From an uncultured Planctomycetota bacterium (GTDB lineage Bacteria > Planctomycetota > Phycisphaerae > Tepidisphaerales > Tepidisphaeraceae), in the NCBI GenBank assembly GCA_963841915.1, contig CAWJEN010000006.1, forward strand, positions 1,248,001 to 1,312,000: a DNA stretch of 64,000 bases, written 5' to 3'. The translations under genes were made by a program, and so were the position numbers. A model generated the notes under the pieces. That model had not been told where the DNA came from. It was given only the letters and a program-made list of their open reading frames with translations, and made no database searches. Below are positions 26,950 through 37,152 of the stretch, piece after piece (position 1 is the first letter of the stretch; each line of letters starts with the position of its first letter).

Positions 26950-27840
26950 ATGAGCCTCTGGGACCGCTGGCACGATCGATTGGCGTTCAGCACGAACGCG
27001 TTCAAGAAGACGACGTGGCAGCGGGCGGTCAAAGACATTGCCGACATCGGTTACGCCGGCTGCGAGATCATGGCCGATCAGCCGCACTTCACGCCCGCCG
27101 AAATGGCGACCGAAGAAGTGCTCGATCTGGCCGATCTCATCAGCGACCTTGGCTTGCGGGCGAGCAACGTCAACGCGTTTACCGGCTTTTTCGCTAGCGA
27201 GCCGTTTCCGAGTGGTCGGCCGACGGGTGACACGTACGCCCCGACGTGGATCGACCCGGACGCCGACGCCATCGACGTGCGGGTCAATCACACGTTGGCG
27301 AGCATTCGGCTGGCGGCGGCACTCGGCGCGTCGACGGTCAGCCTGCAGCCCGGCGGCCCGACGATCGGCCGTGCGGGCACACGCAAGGATCACGAGCAAC
27401 GCTTCGCCGATGGCGTTCGTCGCTGCCTCCGCACGGCCCGCGAGTCTGACATCACGCTTGCCGTCGAGCCCGAACCGGGCCTGCTGCTGGAGACGACGGC
27501 CGAGTACCTCGACTGGAAGCAAACGCACTTTGCCGACGAGCCACTCGTGCAGATGAATTACGACGTCGGCCATGCCTACTGCGTCGGTGAAGATGTTGCA
27601 GGCGTGACGCGTGACCTGGCCGGTCAGTACGCCCACGTCCACCTCGAAGACATTGCCGCCAGTCGGGTGCACCAGCACCTGGTACCGGGAGACGGTGCCA
27701 TCGACTTCGTGTCGCTGTTCAAAGCCCTCAACGACGCCGAGTACGGCGGCTGGGTCACGGTAGAGCTTTACCCGTTCATGGATGACGCGGCCGGTGTTGC
27801 AGGCAAAGCGTACAAGCACCTGCGCAAGTTACTCAGCTAA
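26950..27840 (+). CDS. sugar phosphate isomerase/epimerase (xylose isomerase-like TIM barrel)
   Basis: AVEPEPG, DVGH, HVHLED, HLVPGDG, VELY metal-ligand motifs. Confidence 0.85.
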   Translation: MSLWDRWHDRLAFSTNAFKKTTWQRAVKDIADIGYAGCEIMADQPHFTPAEMATEEVLDLADLISDLGLRASNVNAFTGFFASEPFPSGRPTGDTYAPTWIDPDADAIDVRVNHTLASIRLAAALGASTVSLQPGGPTIGRAGTRKDHEQRFADGVRRCLRTARESDITLAVEPEPGLLLETTAEYLDWKQTHFADEPLVQMNYDVGHAYCVGEDVAGVTRDLAGQYAHVHLEDIAASRVHQHLVPGDGAIDFVSLFKALNDAEYGGWVTVELYPFMDDAAGVAGKAYKHLRKLLS

Positions 27841-27852
27841 GTCGTACGTGCA

Positions 27853-29307
27853 TCATGTCAGCCCGACGCGGTCGAACTGCTCCGGCGGAGCGTCGGCGGC
27901 TTGCATCAGCACGTTCATCTGACCCGCCAATTCAGCCTCCAAAGCAGTATCCGTCAAAGGATTTTCCTGCGACGGATCTTCTTCAAGATCGTAAAGCAGC
28001 GTGGTCGCATATTGCTTCGGTGTCTGGCCCCATGGAAAGCAAAGCGGCCGGGCACCGCACGAGTCGGCCAACGGCTCATCGGCCTGTGTTGCGGCAATGA
28101 GTTTGTCAACGCCGAACGGGCTCCGCATGCTGCTGGGCATGACGGTGTAAGCCGTCGCCTCACCTGTCCCGCCGAGGTAGTAGGCGTGGCGGTCGGTGAC
28201 GAGGTTCACGTGCGCGTTGAAGTAGCCGAACAAGGCCGCATCGCGCGTGGCGGCGTCGTCGGTCAGATCGAGGCCCAGCACCGTGTCGGGCGGTGTTGTG
28301 CCAAAGTACCCGTGGAGCGTCGGGCACAAGTCGATCGCCGGCTGCACAAGCTTGTTGTTTCGCGTGCCCGCTTGCTCGGGTCGTCTCGGATCGCTCACGA
28401 ACAACGGCGTGTGGCTGACCTGCTCGTAGAGCGGCATGACCCCTTTCATCATTTGCCCGTGCTCACCCAGCATGATGCCGTGGTCGGTCATGACGACCAG
28501 CATCGTGTCGTCCCACAGGTTGTGCCGGTCGAACGCGTCGAGCACCTTGCCGAGGCTTGCGTCGCACTTGGCGAGTAGGGCCGCGTAGCGACGACGGGCC
28601 TGCTGGACGAGCGCGTCTTCGGGTGCGTCGCCATATTCGGGCCAGTCGTAGAGCGGCGTTTCACGCTCGCCGTCGGGGCCGGGAAACAGGTCGCTCCACA
28701 GCGGGTCAGTGGTGAAGGGTTCGTGCGGGTCGAAGCACTCGATCTGTAGAAGCCATCGATCCTGATCGTGGTTGCGATGGAGGAAGTCAATGCCGGCAGC
28801 GAACGTCTTCGTCTGCGGGTAGTCGGCATCGTCGCGAATGTGCCGGCGGTTGACCCAGTCGCTGCGACGGCCCTTGCCATTGACGTGGTGCGGCACCTCG
28901 GGATCTGCCACCTGGCCGACGCATAGGTCGCCCTCCTGGCCGCGGAACAACTCCCACGAATCGTAGCGGCCGTGGTAGTTGGCTCCGCCATCTTCGAAGT
29001 AGTGGTAGTGGTCTGTGACGAGGTGGCTGTAGATGTCGGCCTGCTCGCGAAGGTCTGCAAAGACGCTCCTGTCCCACGGCTCCAGCGGGCCCCAGGATCG
29101 CCGCAGAAAACCTGGACGACCGGTGTGCAGATCGCGGCGGGCTGGCATGCAAGGCATGCTGGCGACGTAACTGCGGTCGTAGGTGCGTGCCTGCCGGGCC
29201 AGGCGGGCGAAATTGGGTGTGTGGGTCCATGTCGCGCCGTAAGGCGACAGGAAGTGCCGGTTGAGGCTGTCGAACATCACGATGACGGCTCGCTGGCGTT
29301 GGCTCAT
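27853..29307 (-). CDS. sulfatase (Cys-type, formylglycine-dependent)
   Basis: FDSLNRH, CMPARRDLHTG (CxPxR), DPHEP, TDHG, LYDLEEDP. Confidence 0.9.
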   Translation of the reverse strand: MSQRQRAVIVMFDSLNRHFLSPYGATWTHTPNFARLARQARTYDRSYVASMPCMPARRDLHTGRPGFLRRSWGPLEPWDRSVFADLREQADIYSHLVTDHYHYFEDGGANYHGRYDSWELFRGQEGDLCVGQVADPEVPHHVNGKGRRSDWVNRRHIRDDADYPQTKTFAAGIDFLHRNHDQDRWLLQIECFDPHEPFTTDPLWSDLFPGPDGERETPLYDWPEYGDAPEDALVQQARRRYAALLAKCDASLGKVLDAFDRHNLWDDTMLVVMTDHGIMLGEHGQMMKGVMPLYEQVSHTPLFVSDPRRPEQAGTRNNKLVQPAIDLCPTLHGYFGTTPPDTVLGLDLTDDAATRDAALFGYFNAHVNLVTDRHAYYLGGTGEATAYTVMPSSMRSPFGVDKLIAATQADEPLADSCGARPLCFPWGQTPKQYATTLLYDLEEDPSQENPLTDTALEAELAGQMNVLMQAADAPPEQFDRVGLT

Positions 29308-29534
29308 CAACGTGGGGTAGCAGGCGATTGCGGGAAGAGCAATACCGGGATGAACCTTTGGGTGTTTGGGTGCAAAACCTGACGAATCGCACGATTTTGT
29401 TGGCGGTTATCGGTCGCTCGAGGAGGCGTCGCTCATGGGCTGGAGGGCGTCGGGTCGATTTGGAAGGCGTTGGGTCGTCGGGCCGCGCGTTGCGTGGCGG
29501 TCGCCGGCCCGTACGATGCTCGCCCGTCACCGCC

Positions 29535-30356
29535 ATGTCAGCTAAAGCCGCCGCCCGTCTCGTTTCGCCCGCTGCCGCCGCCCTTTTGGCGTGCTCGCTT
29601 TCCGCTTCGGCCCAGGATCTGACCGTGCGTCAGGAGACCGGCCCGACGCTCGAAGAGGCGATGCTGCAGCCCATCTACCTGCAGGCAGACGTCAGCGACG
29701 CCCAGCCGGGCCAGTCGGATGTCGGCACGATCGCCCGTGACCGCGTCACGCCGCCCTGGTACGCCCGTGGCGGCCTGCTCTTGCTCTTTCCGCAGGACGT
29801 GACCTTCAACGGCGTCACCACCGTCAACGTCGCCAGCGACGATCCGACCGACGAGGACGGTCGCGAAGACGTCGACGTCGACCAGGACGTCTCGCTCGGC
29901 TGGGGCGGCGGGCTCTACGCAGCCGTCGGTTACAGCTTCGCCCCCGACGCCCGTTTCAACCCGCGTGTCGAGGCCGAGTATCAGTTGCTCATCGACGACT
30001 ATCGCGATGCCAACGACGACGGCATCACCTGGAACAGCCTCGGCGTCAACGGCATCGTCGACTGGCGCGTCCGCGAGAACATGGCGCTCTACGCAGGCCT
30101 CGGTGCCGGCATCGCTTACCTCTCAACCGCCAACCCGCCCGTCACGCTGCCCTCCGGCGCCCTCTCGTCCGTCGGTAGCGACGACTCCTTCACCGTCTAC
30201 GGCCAGGCCCTGGGCGGGGCGTTGTTCCGCTTCAGCGACGACGTCGACATCGATCTGGGACTGAAGTACCAGTTGACGCAGCCGAGCCTCTTCGAGGGCG
30301 ACGCCAGCTTCGACAACGTTGTCTTCCACGTTGGCCTGCTGCTTCACCTGGAGTGA
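29535..30356 (+). CDS. outer membrane beta-barrel protein (8-strand porin/opacity-like)
   Basis: Signal peptide; alternating beta strands AVGYSF, RVEAEY, YAGLGAG, DLGLKY. Confidence 0.75.
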   Translation: MSAKAAARLVSPAAAALLACSLSASAQDLTVRQETGPTLEEAMLQPIYLQADVSDAQPGQSDVGTIARDRVTPPWYARGGLLLLFPQDVTFNGVTTVNVASDDPTDEDGREDVDVDQDVSLGWGGGLYAAVGYSFAPDARFNPRVEAEYQLLIDDYRDANDDGITWNSLGVNGIVDWRVRENMALYAGLGAGIAYLSTANPPVTLPSGALSSVGSDDSFTVYGQALGGALFRFSDDVDIDLGLKYQLTQPSLFEGDASFDNVVFHVGLLLHLE

Positions 30357-30439
30357 GAGACGAGGATCAAGCGGTGAAGCGTCGCGTTGCCGAGGTCACG
30401 CGGGACGTGGTATCTGTCTGACGACTACGGTGCCGGCCC

Positions 30440-30886
30440 ATGTCGAGCGTGTTCGAAGACGGCCAGCATTTGCGACTCGGACCCGGCATCTCGGTGCCGC
30501 TCGAGGCGTTGCGCGAGCAGGCGAGTCGCTCGAGCGGGCCCGGCGGGCAAAGTGTCAACAAGACGTCGAGCGCGGTCGAGCTGTGGGTCGAGGTCTCTGC
30601 CATTGAAGGACTTGACGAGGGGGCACAAGCCCGCCTGCGAAACCTGGCCGGGTCGAAGCTGACGAAGAACGACGAGATTCACGTCCGAAGCGAAGACGCT
30701 CGGAGCCAGCGGGACAACCGACAAACCTCGCGGGAGAAGCTGGCCGAGCTGGTCGCCCGCGCCCGCGTGCGGCCCAAAGTGCGCAGGAAGACGAAGCCGA
30801 GCCCCGGGGCCAAGCGGAGGCGGCTGGAGGCCAAGCGTCAGCAAGGCGAGAAGAAGCAACGGCGAGCCGACGATCGGGTGAAGTGA
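30440..30886 (+). CDS. arfB: alternative ribosome rescue peptidyl-tRNA hydrolase
   Basis: SSGPGGQSVNK, RSQRDN, basic tail RRKTKPS..RRRLEAK. Confidence 0.93.
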   Translation: MSSVFEDGQHLRLGPGISVPLEALREQASRSSGPGGQSVNKTSSAVELWVEVSAIEGLDEGAQARLRNLAGSKLTKNDEIHVRSEDARSQRDNRQTSREKLAELVARARVRPKVRRKTKPSPGAKRRRLEAKRQQGEKKQRRADDRVK

Positions 30887-30952
30887 GATCTCGACCGTCG
30901 AAGACGTTGCGTCGCATTGGGGAGCACGGCGTCATCCGGTATGGTCGACTGC

Positions 30953-31468
30953 GTGTCTGACACCACCGTCCGTCGTTGCGTCTTTCCGGGGCAGTTTGAT
31001 CCGATCACGAACGGACACCTCGACGTGATCCGCCGTGGGGCCGGACTGTTCGACGAAGTCATTGTCGGCGTCGGCGTGAATCCTGAGAAGAGTGAGCTGT
31101 TCGACCAGCACGAACGCCTCGCGATGGTCAGCGATGTGCTCACCGCAGCGGGCCTCGGGAACGTGCGTTTCGAGTCCTACACCGGCCTGACGGCCGACTT
31201 TGTGCGGCGGAAACAGGCAACGTGCCTGCTCCGCGGGATTCGCGACGTCACCGACCTTCGCTACGAGTTCCAGAGTGCACTGGCCAACCGCGCCGTCGGG
31301 GGCGTGGAGACGCTTTTTCTCATGACAGGTGACCAATATGCGCTGACAAGCAGCAGCCTGATTCGTCAAATTGTGACCCTCGGTGGCGACGTCGACACGC
31401 TGCGGAAGCTTGTTCCTGACGCCGTCGTGAGCCGGCTGCGGAGCCGTCAGGAGGCGTTGCACTTATGA
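30953..31468 (+). CDS. coaD: pantetheine-phosphate adenylyltransferase
   Basis: PGQFDPITNGHLDV, LLRGIR..D..YE, SSSLIRQ. Confidence 0.93.
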   Translation: MSDTTVRRCVFPGQFDPITNGHLDVIRRGAGLFDEVIVGVGVNPEKSELFDQHERLAMVSDVLTAAGLGNVRFESYTGLTADFVRRKQATCLLRGIRDVTDLRYEFQSALANRAVGGVETLFLMTGDQYALTSSSLIRQIVTLGGDVDTLRKLVPDAVVSRLRSRQEALHL

Positions 31469-31548
31469 AGATGGTTGTTGAGCGGCCCGCAATGCCCGCT
31501 GAGCAGGCGACACCGAAACGGGTGACGGCAACTTAGGCACATCATCTC

Positions 31549-31576
31549 TTGACATAGATCGGCCATCCATTACACT
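31549..31576 (+). promoter_or_regulatory. sigma70-type promoter
   Basis: TTGACA-16 nt-TACACT in a 570-bp intergenic region. Confidence 0.6.
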
Positions 31577-31949
31577 GAGGGTCGCCGCGGCAGGAACACC
31601 CGATCGAACCCTTCGACGCCTTCCTGACGCGGACCCGCCATCACTCGACCGTCCGGCCGAGTCTCAGAACGAACAGAAGGCCTGCACAGCAGGTCACATC
31701 ACGAATCTGAAGGCCTCAGATCGCTTGCAGCGATTTGCAGTGCTTTCTCATGACGGCGACGTTCGTCGTCATGCCCCACCGCCCGGCTGATAAGCCAACC
31801 TTCGCAAGCCACCTTCCGCCGACGCCTTCACCGTCACGCCACTATGCCGATTCGCCCATTTGCGATGTTGGCCGGCACACGACGACCCACAGGCATCATA
31901 ATCCTTGTTCATACCCCGTCTGGCCAATTGGCCGACGATGGGGTGCCGG

Positions 31950-32032
31950 CAAGGGCGACAAGCGAATGAGGCACAGACGCAAGGCGATGGGACCCGTTTC
32001 CCCCCTGACCGGCATCGCCCGGTCGCCAGGAG
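31950..32032 (+). ncRNA. candidate c-di-GMP-I-like riboswitch (degenerate)
   Basis: GGCGAC(31954) pairs with GTCGCC(32022); GACGCAAGGC junction; GGCGATG/CATCGCC stem; directly before SD AGGAG. P2 with GNRA loop not evident. Confidence 0.3.
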
Positions 32033-32040
32033 AACCCACC

Positions 32041-33084
32041 ATGAAGCACACTGCTTCCCCCACACGTAGCCGTCGCTTCGGCTTCACGCTCGTCGAGCTG
32101 CTCGTTGTCATCGGCATCATCGCGCTGCTGATCTCGATCCTGCTGCCGTCGCTGAACCGTGCCCGTGAGTCGGCCAACCGTGTCAAGTGCGCCAGCAACC
32201 TGCGGCAAATTGGCCAGGCGATGCGTCAGTACGCCATCGACGACATCCGCTCGGCTTCGTACCCGCGGACGATTTACATCCCGCAGGTCGCCGAGAAGGG
32301 CTTCAACCGTGGCACCGCCGCGGCGCTGGCCGGTTCAGGCGCTGGTGTTCTCGAGTCGGCAACGACGACGGCCGATCCGTTCCGGACTCCCGCCAACGCG
32401 AATCCGACCACGAATGCCATGGGCACGAATGCCAACGTGCTGGCGAACGATGTCTCGGCCGCCATGTGGCACCTGATCCGCAACAGCGACATCGTTCCGG
32501 CGGTGTTCCTCTGCCCGAGCAGCAACGCCACCGAGGTTGATCTGGCCGACGGTCGGACCGTCAGCAACTACGCGAACTGGGCTGACTTCAACAACAACAG
32601 CAGCTACAGCTTCCAGGTCATGTACGCCGACCCAGCCTCGGTCGGCCGTGGCTTCAAGTGGACTGACGCCCTCGGGCCGTCAGTCGCTATTGCCTCGGAC
32701 AAGAATCCGGGCATCACCGCCAGCGTCGACATGGTGACCTTCGGTGGCGGCGACACTGCTCTTCCGGCCGTTGCCAACGCTGCTGACAACGCCTCGAGCA
32801 AGCAGCTCGAGCGGGCCAACAGCAACAACCACGGCAAGGACGGACAGAACGTCCTCTTTGCCGATGGCAGCGTCCGCTTCGAGCAGACTGCCTTCTGTGG
32901 TGCGAGTGACGACAACATCTTCACCCGCCAGGTTGCTCCGGCCGCCGGTGATGCGGTGAATCGGAGCCAGAACGGTCAGCTCGCATCTGACACGGCAAGC
33001 TACGCCGATCAGACCGGCCCGACGACCTTCCAATTCAACCCCTACGACGAGCTCGACAGCCTCCTGCTGCCGACCGACGACTGA
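32041..33084 (+). CDS. prepilin-type N-terminal cleavage/methylation protein with H-X9-DG motif (DUF1559-like)
   Basis: [53 protein letters not shown]. Confidence 0.92.
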   Translation: MKHTASPTRSRRFGFTLVELLVVIGIIALLISILLPSLNRARESANRVKCASNLRQIGQAMRQYAIDDIRSASYPRTIYIPQVAEKGFNRGTAAALAGSGAGVLESATTTADPFRTPANANPTTNAMGTNANVLANDVSAAMWHLIRNSDIVPAVFLCPSSNATEVDLADGRTVSNYANWADFNNNSSYSFQVMYADPASVGRGFKWTDALGPSVAIASDKNPGITASVDMVTFGGGDTALPAVANAADNASSKQLERANSNNHGKDGQNVLFADGSVRFEQTAFCGASDDNIFTRQVAPAAGDAVNRSQNGQLASDTASYADQTGPTTFQFNPYDELDSLLLPTDD

Positions 33085-33121
33085 TCTTCGGTCTGCCTGC
33101 TAGCAGGTTGACCCCATAGTC

Positions 33122-33153
33122 GAACCGCCCGCCTCTTCGGAGGCGGGCGGTTC
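33122..33153. terminator. hairpin between convergent genes
   Basis: GAACCGCCCGCCTC-TTCG-GAGGCGGGCGGTTC, perfect 14-bp stem with cUUCGg loop. Confidence 0.8.
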
Positions 33154-33181
33154 TCGTATGGCACAAGACGTGGCTTCTCGG

Positions 33182-34321
33182 CTACTTCTGTTTCCGCGGC
33201 ACCAGCGGCAACTCGTCGAGCCCCAGGTCGTCGAGAAACGAGCGTCGTGGCAGCAGCTCGCCCGCGTGCCGCACAATGGCTGCCGATCGTGGCGCGACGA
33301 TGTCGAACCGACGCAGCTTTGCCAGCATGACCCGAGCGCCACCAAGGTCTTTGCCTGGCAGCCCGAGCGTCCCACCTGGTGCAATGGTCGCGCCGATGTC
33401 CAGCGGCTCGAATGCCTCCCGCTCCGCGGACGTCACCAGCACTGCCTCAGTGCCCACGTTCGTGATGGTGATTCTGCCATCGGCGAACCCTGCCGTAACG
33501 GCCACATCGTCTTGCCGAACCGGCTCGCCGGCGTCACGTGGCAGGTCGAGTTCGAACGTCTGACCGAGTTCGTGCTGCACGTTGAAGACGGCCACGAAGT
33601 CGGCCGTGTATTCCGCCAGATATCCTGCAAACCCCATGGCCGGTGCGTCACCTGGCCGCTTGAGGTCGACAATCACTGGCTTACCAATGTGTCGTTCGAG
33701 CAACGGTTCGTAGGCGTTGGCCGCCAGGCCTCTGGTGACGAGCGTGTCGCCGATTTGCGTCACACTGCCTTGCTGCGTTGCCAGCATCTGACTATCGGGT
33801 CGAGCCTTGACGACTTGCCCGACGACAAGGTTGACCGCTTTGGAAAACGCGTCGCGCAGCGTATTGACGAAGATCCGGACCTTCCGCCAGACGCGGCGGA
33901 ACAGGCCTGGGTTGAAGCTTCGCTCCACCTGCCGGTCGCGCTCGCGGCGTCCTTGTTCTGTCATCGTTTCGTGCGCCCGCAACAGGCCCAGCGTTTTGCC
34001 GGTAAGTTCGGCGGGATAAATCATGACGCTAGACCGACGCCTGCCGAGTCGGTCCACGCCTGGGGTCGTGAACCGCACCTCCACGCCCTCACTCAGCACA
34101 TCGAGCGTGCCCCAGACGACGGCCCCGTCGCTCCGCTCGATTGTCACGCGGTCGCCGTTGAGGAGCTTCAAGCACTTGTCGCGGGACCAGCGTGTCAGCA
34201 GTGCCGTCACGATCGCTCCGCCGAAGACGAAGACGAGTGTCAGGAAGAAAAGAGAATCGAAACCGAACCAACCGCCACTGGGCGTGGGCGGCGTGGCTTG
34301 GGCGAGCATCACGATCGTCAT
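33182..34321 (-). CDS. hypothetical protein with N-terminal TM anchor
   Basis: ORF with genome-typical codon usage and one TM helix; fills the gap between real genes. Confidence 0.7.
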   Translation of the reverse strand: MTIVMLAQATPPTPSGGWFGFDSLFFLTLVFVFGGAIVTALLTRWSRDKCLKLLNGDRVTIERSDGAVVWGTLDVLSEGVEVRFTTPGVDRLGRRRSSVMIYPAELTGKTLGLLRAHETMTEQGRRERDRQVERSFNPGLFRRVWRKVRIFVNTLRDAFSKAVNLVVGQVVKARPDSQMLATQQGSVTQIGDTLVTRGLAANAYEPLLERHIGKPVIVDLKRPGDAPAMGFAGYLAEYTADFVAVFNVQHELGQTFELDLPRDAGEPVRQDDVAVTAGFADGRITITNVGTEAVLVTSAEREAFEPLDIGATIAPGGTLGLPGKDLGGARVMLAKLRRFDIVAPRSAAIVRHAGELLPRRSFLDDLGLDELPLVPRKQK

Positions 34322-34396
34322 GGCCACAGTCTTGCCGCGATAAGCAGGCCACGCGCGATCATCCATCGCAGCCACCGTTTCGCGTACGATGGCTGT

Positions 34397-36553
34397 ATGC
34401 CCGCGGGACGTTGCACGTTGATGTTCATCACCGCATGCCTGGGCGTTGCTGCCTTGGCATGGGCCCGTCCAGAAGACGCTGTTAGCCGATTGGCCTCGGC
34501 CGACGCTCGGGATCGGCAGGCGGCCGAGCAGGAACTCATCGACGCCGGCATGGATGCCCGACCGGCACTCGAGGCAGCCGAAGAAGATCCGTCACCCGCC
34601 GTCCGGCAGGCGGCGGCCATCCTGTTGCTGCGACTCGACGCCGGAGTCAACGAGATGCCCCTGCCTCTCGTCGACACGCTCGGCCCGCTGGCCGTGCAGG
34701 CTGTCACTGGGAACATCCAGGCGCAGTCGCAACTCCTGCGCTGGCCTGCGGCATCGTCACCTGCACTGGCCAGGGTGGTGCAGAACGGTCTTGTCACGGA
34801 CGACCGTCGTCTCGGTGCCGCGGCGGCCGTGCTGCTTCAACGCAGCCGCGACTTCTTCAGGCTAGCCCACGGCCGCACCGCCATCAGTCAGGTCGACCGA
34901 ACCGCGTTTGTCGGGGCGATGGCTCGGCTTGACCCCTCCGGATCGCTCGTGATCCGGTGGCTGGAGGCGGCGCTGGAACGCGAGCATGTGCAGCACGGCA
35001 ATGAACGCACGGACGCCATCAAGCGTGCACTTGCCGCCTCCGACAAGGCGAGCGACTTGTGGCGATGGATCGACGGCGACATCGACGCGCCGACGCCGCC
35101 GGACCTGGCCTTCATGTCGCCGGATGATCAGGCGATTACGGAGGCCGCTCGGGCGATTTTGTTCGGCCGCGAGCCGACGAACCGCCCGGCAGACGAACTC
35201 GCCGACGCCGCCGTCGGGCGAGCGGTGGCGCTCGTGGCCGACGACGAGGCGAAGCTGCTCCAGGCGACCGACCGACTGGCTGCGGTCGGCACGCGGATGT
35301 CCTCGCCGCAGGCATTGGCACTGGCTGGGAAGCCTGACGAGGCGCTGCGTTTTGCTGCCATTCATGACCCGGTCGACCATCTCGGGTTGCAATGGCTTAC
35401 CGGTGATCTGGCAGCGGTTTCGGATTTTGGTGCCGCCGCCGGCGTGGGGAACCGCCAGGACCCTGAGGCGGTGCAACAGGCCCGGTACCGGCTTGTCCAG
35501 ATGCTCAGGCAAGCACACGGCCGCTCGCGGGAACCGGTCGAGCCGTTCCACACGCAGATTGCCGATGCCGCGTCGGCCGCCCTTGCGGGTGAGTCGGTGG
35601 TGCAGGACATCAAGGTGCTCCGCCGCAATGACCCCACCCAGGCGGGTTGGTCTGCCGTGGAGGCCGACCTGACAGATAACGCGGCCTTGGCCAAAGTCGC
35701 ATGGCTGATGCCGCTCGACGACGCCGTCGCTCGGCTCGACGCGGCCGACCTGCGACTGGCCTTTGCCGAGGATGCCGTCACGCGAGCGGCGGCCATCGAT
35801 GACGTCATCGACGCCGTGCTGTTTCACCTCATCACGCCACCCGACGAGAATCGCGACTACCCGACCGGGGCCATGTTGTACGAGGTTCGGCGTGCGATGC
35901 GGCTTGCCGAAGAAGCGGGCGACGACGAGACGGCGCTTCGCCTGTCGGCCGTTGTGGCGTTGTTGCCGTTTCGCAGCGATGTCTACAAGGCGATGAGTCA
36001 CGAGGGCATTCTGTGGGCCCCGGCCCGGCCGGCGTCGAACGTGCTCGGGTCGGTCGCCGAGGTGCATCGCTATCGCCTGCGTCGGGCACAACGCGATGGC
36101 AATGACGCCGCGGCACAACGTGAGTACAAGCTTGCGTACGACCTGGCACCAATGGATGTAGCGGCGACCATTGATCGCGTGCGACACCTCGACGCTACCG
36201 ACCGCCGCGACGAGGCGGGCACTGTGTTCAACGAGGCGTTTGCTCGCGTGCAGGAACGGGTCGTCCAGTATGGCCAGTCGGCCACGATGCACAATCAGGC
36301 ATCGTGGCTGGCGGCGCGGGTGGGCAGGCGGCCGGATCTGGCCCGCAGCTATGCCGCGACGGCGACGGCGCTCCTGCCGCACTCGCCGGCGTACCTGGAC
36401 ACGCTCGCTGAGGCCTTTGCCGCCGATGGCCAGCGACCGCAAATGGAACAGACGATGCGGGAAGTGTTGCTCATCAGCCGCGACGCCGAGCTGCCGTTGT
36501 ACATCAGACGCCTGCGGGAGATGCGGCAGTCGCTGGATGAGCGGGCGAAGTAG
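34397..36553 (+). CDS. exported HEAT/TPR-repeat protein
   Basis: Signal peptide; HEAT-like N-terminus; HNQASWL...YLDTLAEA TPR motif; TACGAT 6 nt before ATG. Confidence 0.72.
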   Translation: MPAGRCTLMFITACLGVAALAWARPEDAVSRLASADARDRQAAEQELIDAGMDARPALEAAEEDPSPAVRQAAAILLLRLDAGVNEMPLPLVDTLGPLAVQAVTGNIQAQSQLLRWPAASSPALARVVQNGLVTDDRRLGAAAAVLLQRSRDFFRLAHGRTAISQVDRTAFVGAMARLDPSGSLVIRWLEAALEREHVQHGNERTDAIKRALAASDKASDLWRWIDGDIDAPTPPDLAFMSPDDQAITEAARAILFGREPTNRPADELADAAVGRAVALVADDEAKLLQATDRLAAVGTRMSSPQALALAGKPDEALRFAAIHDPVDHLGLQWLTGDLAAVSDFGAAAGVGNRQDPEAVQQARYRLVQMLRQAHGRSREPVEPFHTQIADAASAALAGESVVQDIKVLRRNDPTQAGWSAVEADLTDNAALAKVAWLMPLDDAVARLDAADLRLAFAEDAVTRAAAIDDVIDAVLFHLITPPDENRDYPTGAMLYEVRRAMRLAEEAGDDETALRLSAVVALLPFRSDVYKAMSHEGILWAPARPASNVLGSVAEVHRYRLRRAQRDGNDAAAQREYKLAYDLAPMDVAATIDRVRHLDATDRRDEAGTVFNEAFARVQERVVQYGQSATMHNQASWLAARVGRRPDLARSYAATATALLPHSPAYLDTLAEAFAADGQRPQMEQTMREVLLISRDAELPLYIRRLREMRQSLDERAK

Positions 36554-36576
36554 ACACGTGTCTCCTAGCATGCCAG

Positions 36577-37131
36577 ATGCCTCGCACCCTCACCAAACTC
36601 GTCGTCGGCGTCGCGTTGTTGGCCGGTCTCGCCCACGCCGCCCCGTCAACGCGTCCGGCACTGGATGTCGCCCCACTGAGTTGGGCACCGCACGGCGAAC
36701 CGACTGCCACGCCGGAGGTGCTGGAGAACGAGTTTGTCACGATCGAGCAGGTGCTGGCCGACCCGGCGAAGCTCGCCGATGAAGAGGTGACGGTCGTCGG
36801 CCGCATCTCGGACGTCTGCAGCAAGGCCGGCTGCTGGATCAAGCTTCAGCCGCTTGACGCAGACGTGCATGCACCGACGGCCAAAGGGCTCGATACGAAG
36901 AGCGTCTTCGTGAAGCTGGTCTGTCAGAGCGACGGCTTCCTCGTGCCCGTCGAAAGCAAGGGCCAGGTCGCTTTTGCCCGCGGCAAGGTGGTTGTCGAGC
37001 AGGTCGACGAAGCGACGGCCCGTCACTATGCCGAAGACGCCGGTGCGAGCGATGAAGACGTCGCGGCCATCGTCGGTGAGCAGACGACGATCCGCCTCAT
37101 GACGCCCGGCGTGCACGTGGCCGAGCAGTAA
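36577..37131 (+). CDS. DUF4920-like OB-fold exported protein
   Basis: VVGRISDVCSKAGCW, GFLVP, ARHYAEDAG. Confidence 0.8.
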   Translation: MPRTLTKLVVGVALLAGLAHAAPSTRPALDVAPLSWAPHGEPTATPEVLENEFVTIEQVLADPAKLADEEVTVVGRISDVCSKAGCWIKLQPLDADVHAPTAKGLDTKSVFVKLVCQSDGFLVPVESKGQVAFARGKVVVEQVDEATARHYAEDAGASDEDVAAIVGEQTTIRLMTPGVHVAEQ

Positions 37132-37152
37132 GTAGAAGTCTTCCGACGAGCG

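Noticed and set aside
31735..32040. N-terminal extension of the prepilin ORF
   Set aside because: SD AGGAG and the prepilin leader place the start at 32041; the upstream sequence looks like structured non-coding DNA
33158..34396. 5' extension giving a 1131-aa ORF
   Set aside because: It is the antisense shadow of the minus-strand gene 33182-34321; the real start is probably 34397 (signal peptide, TACGAT motif)
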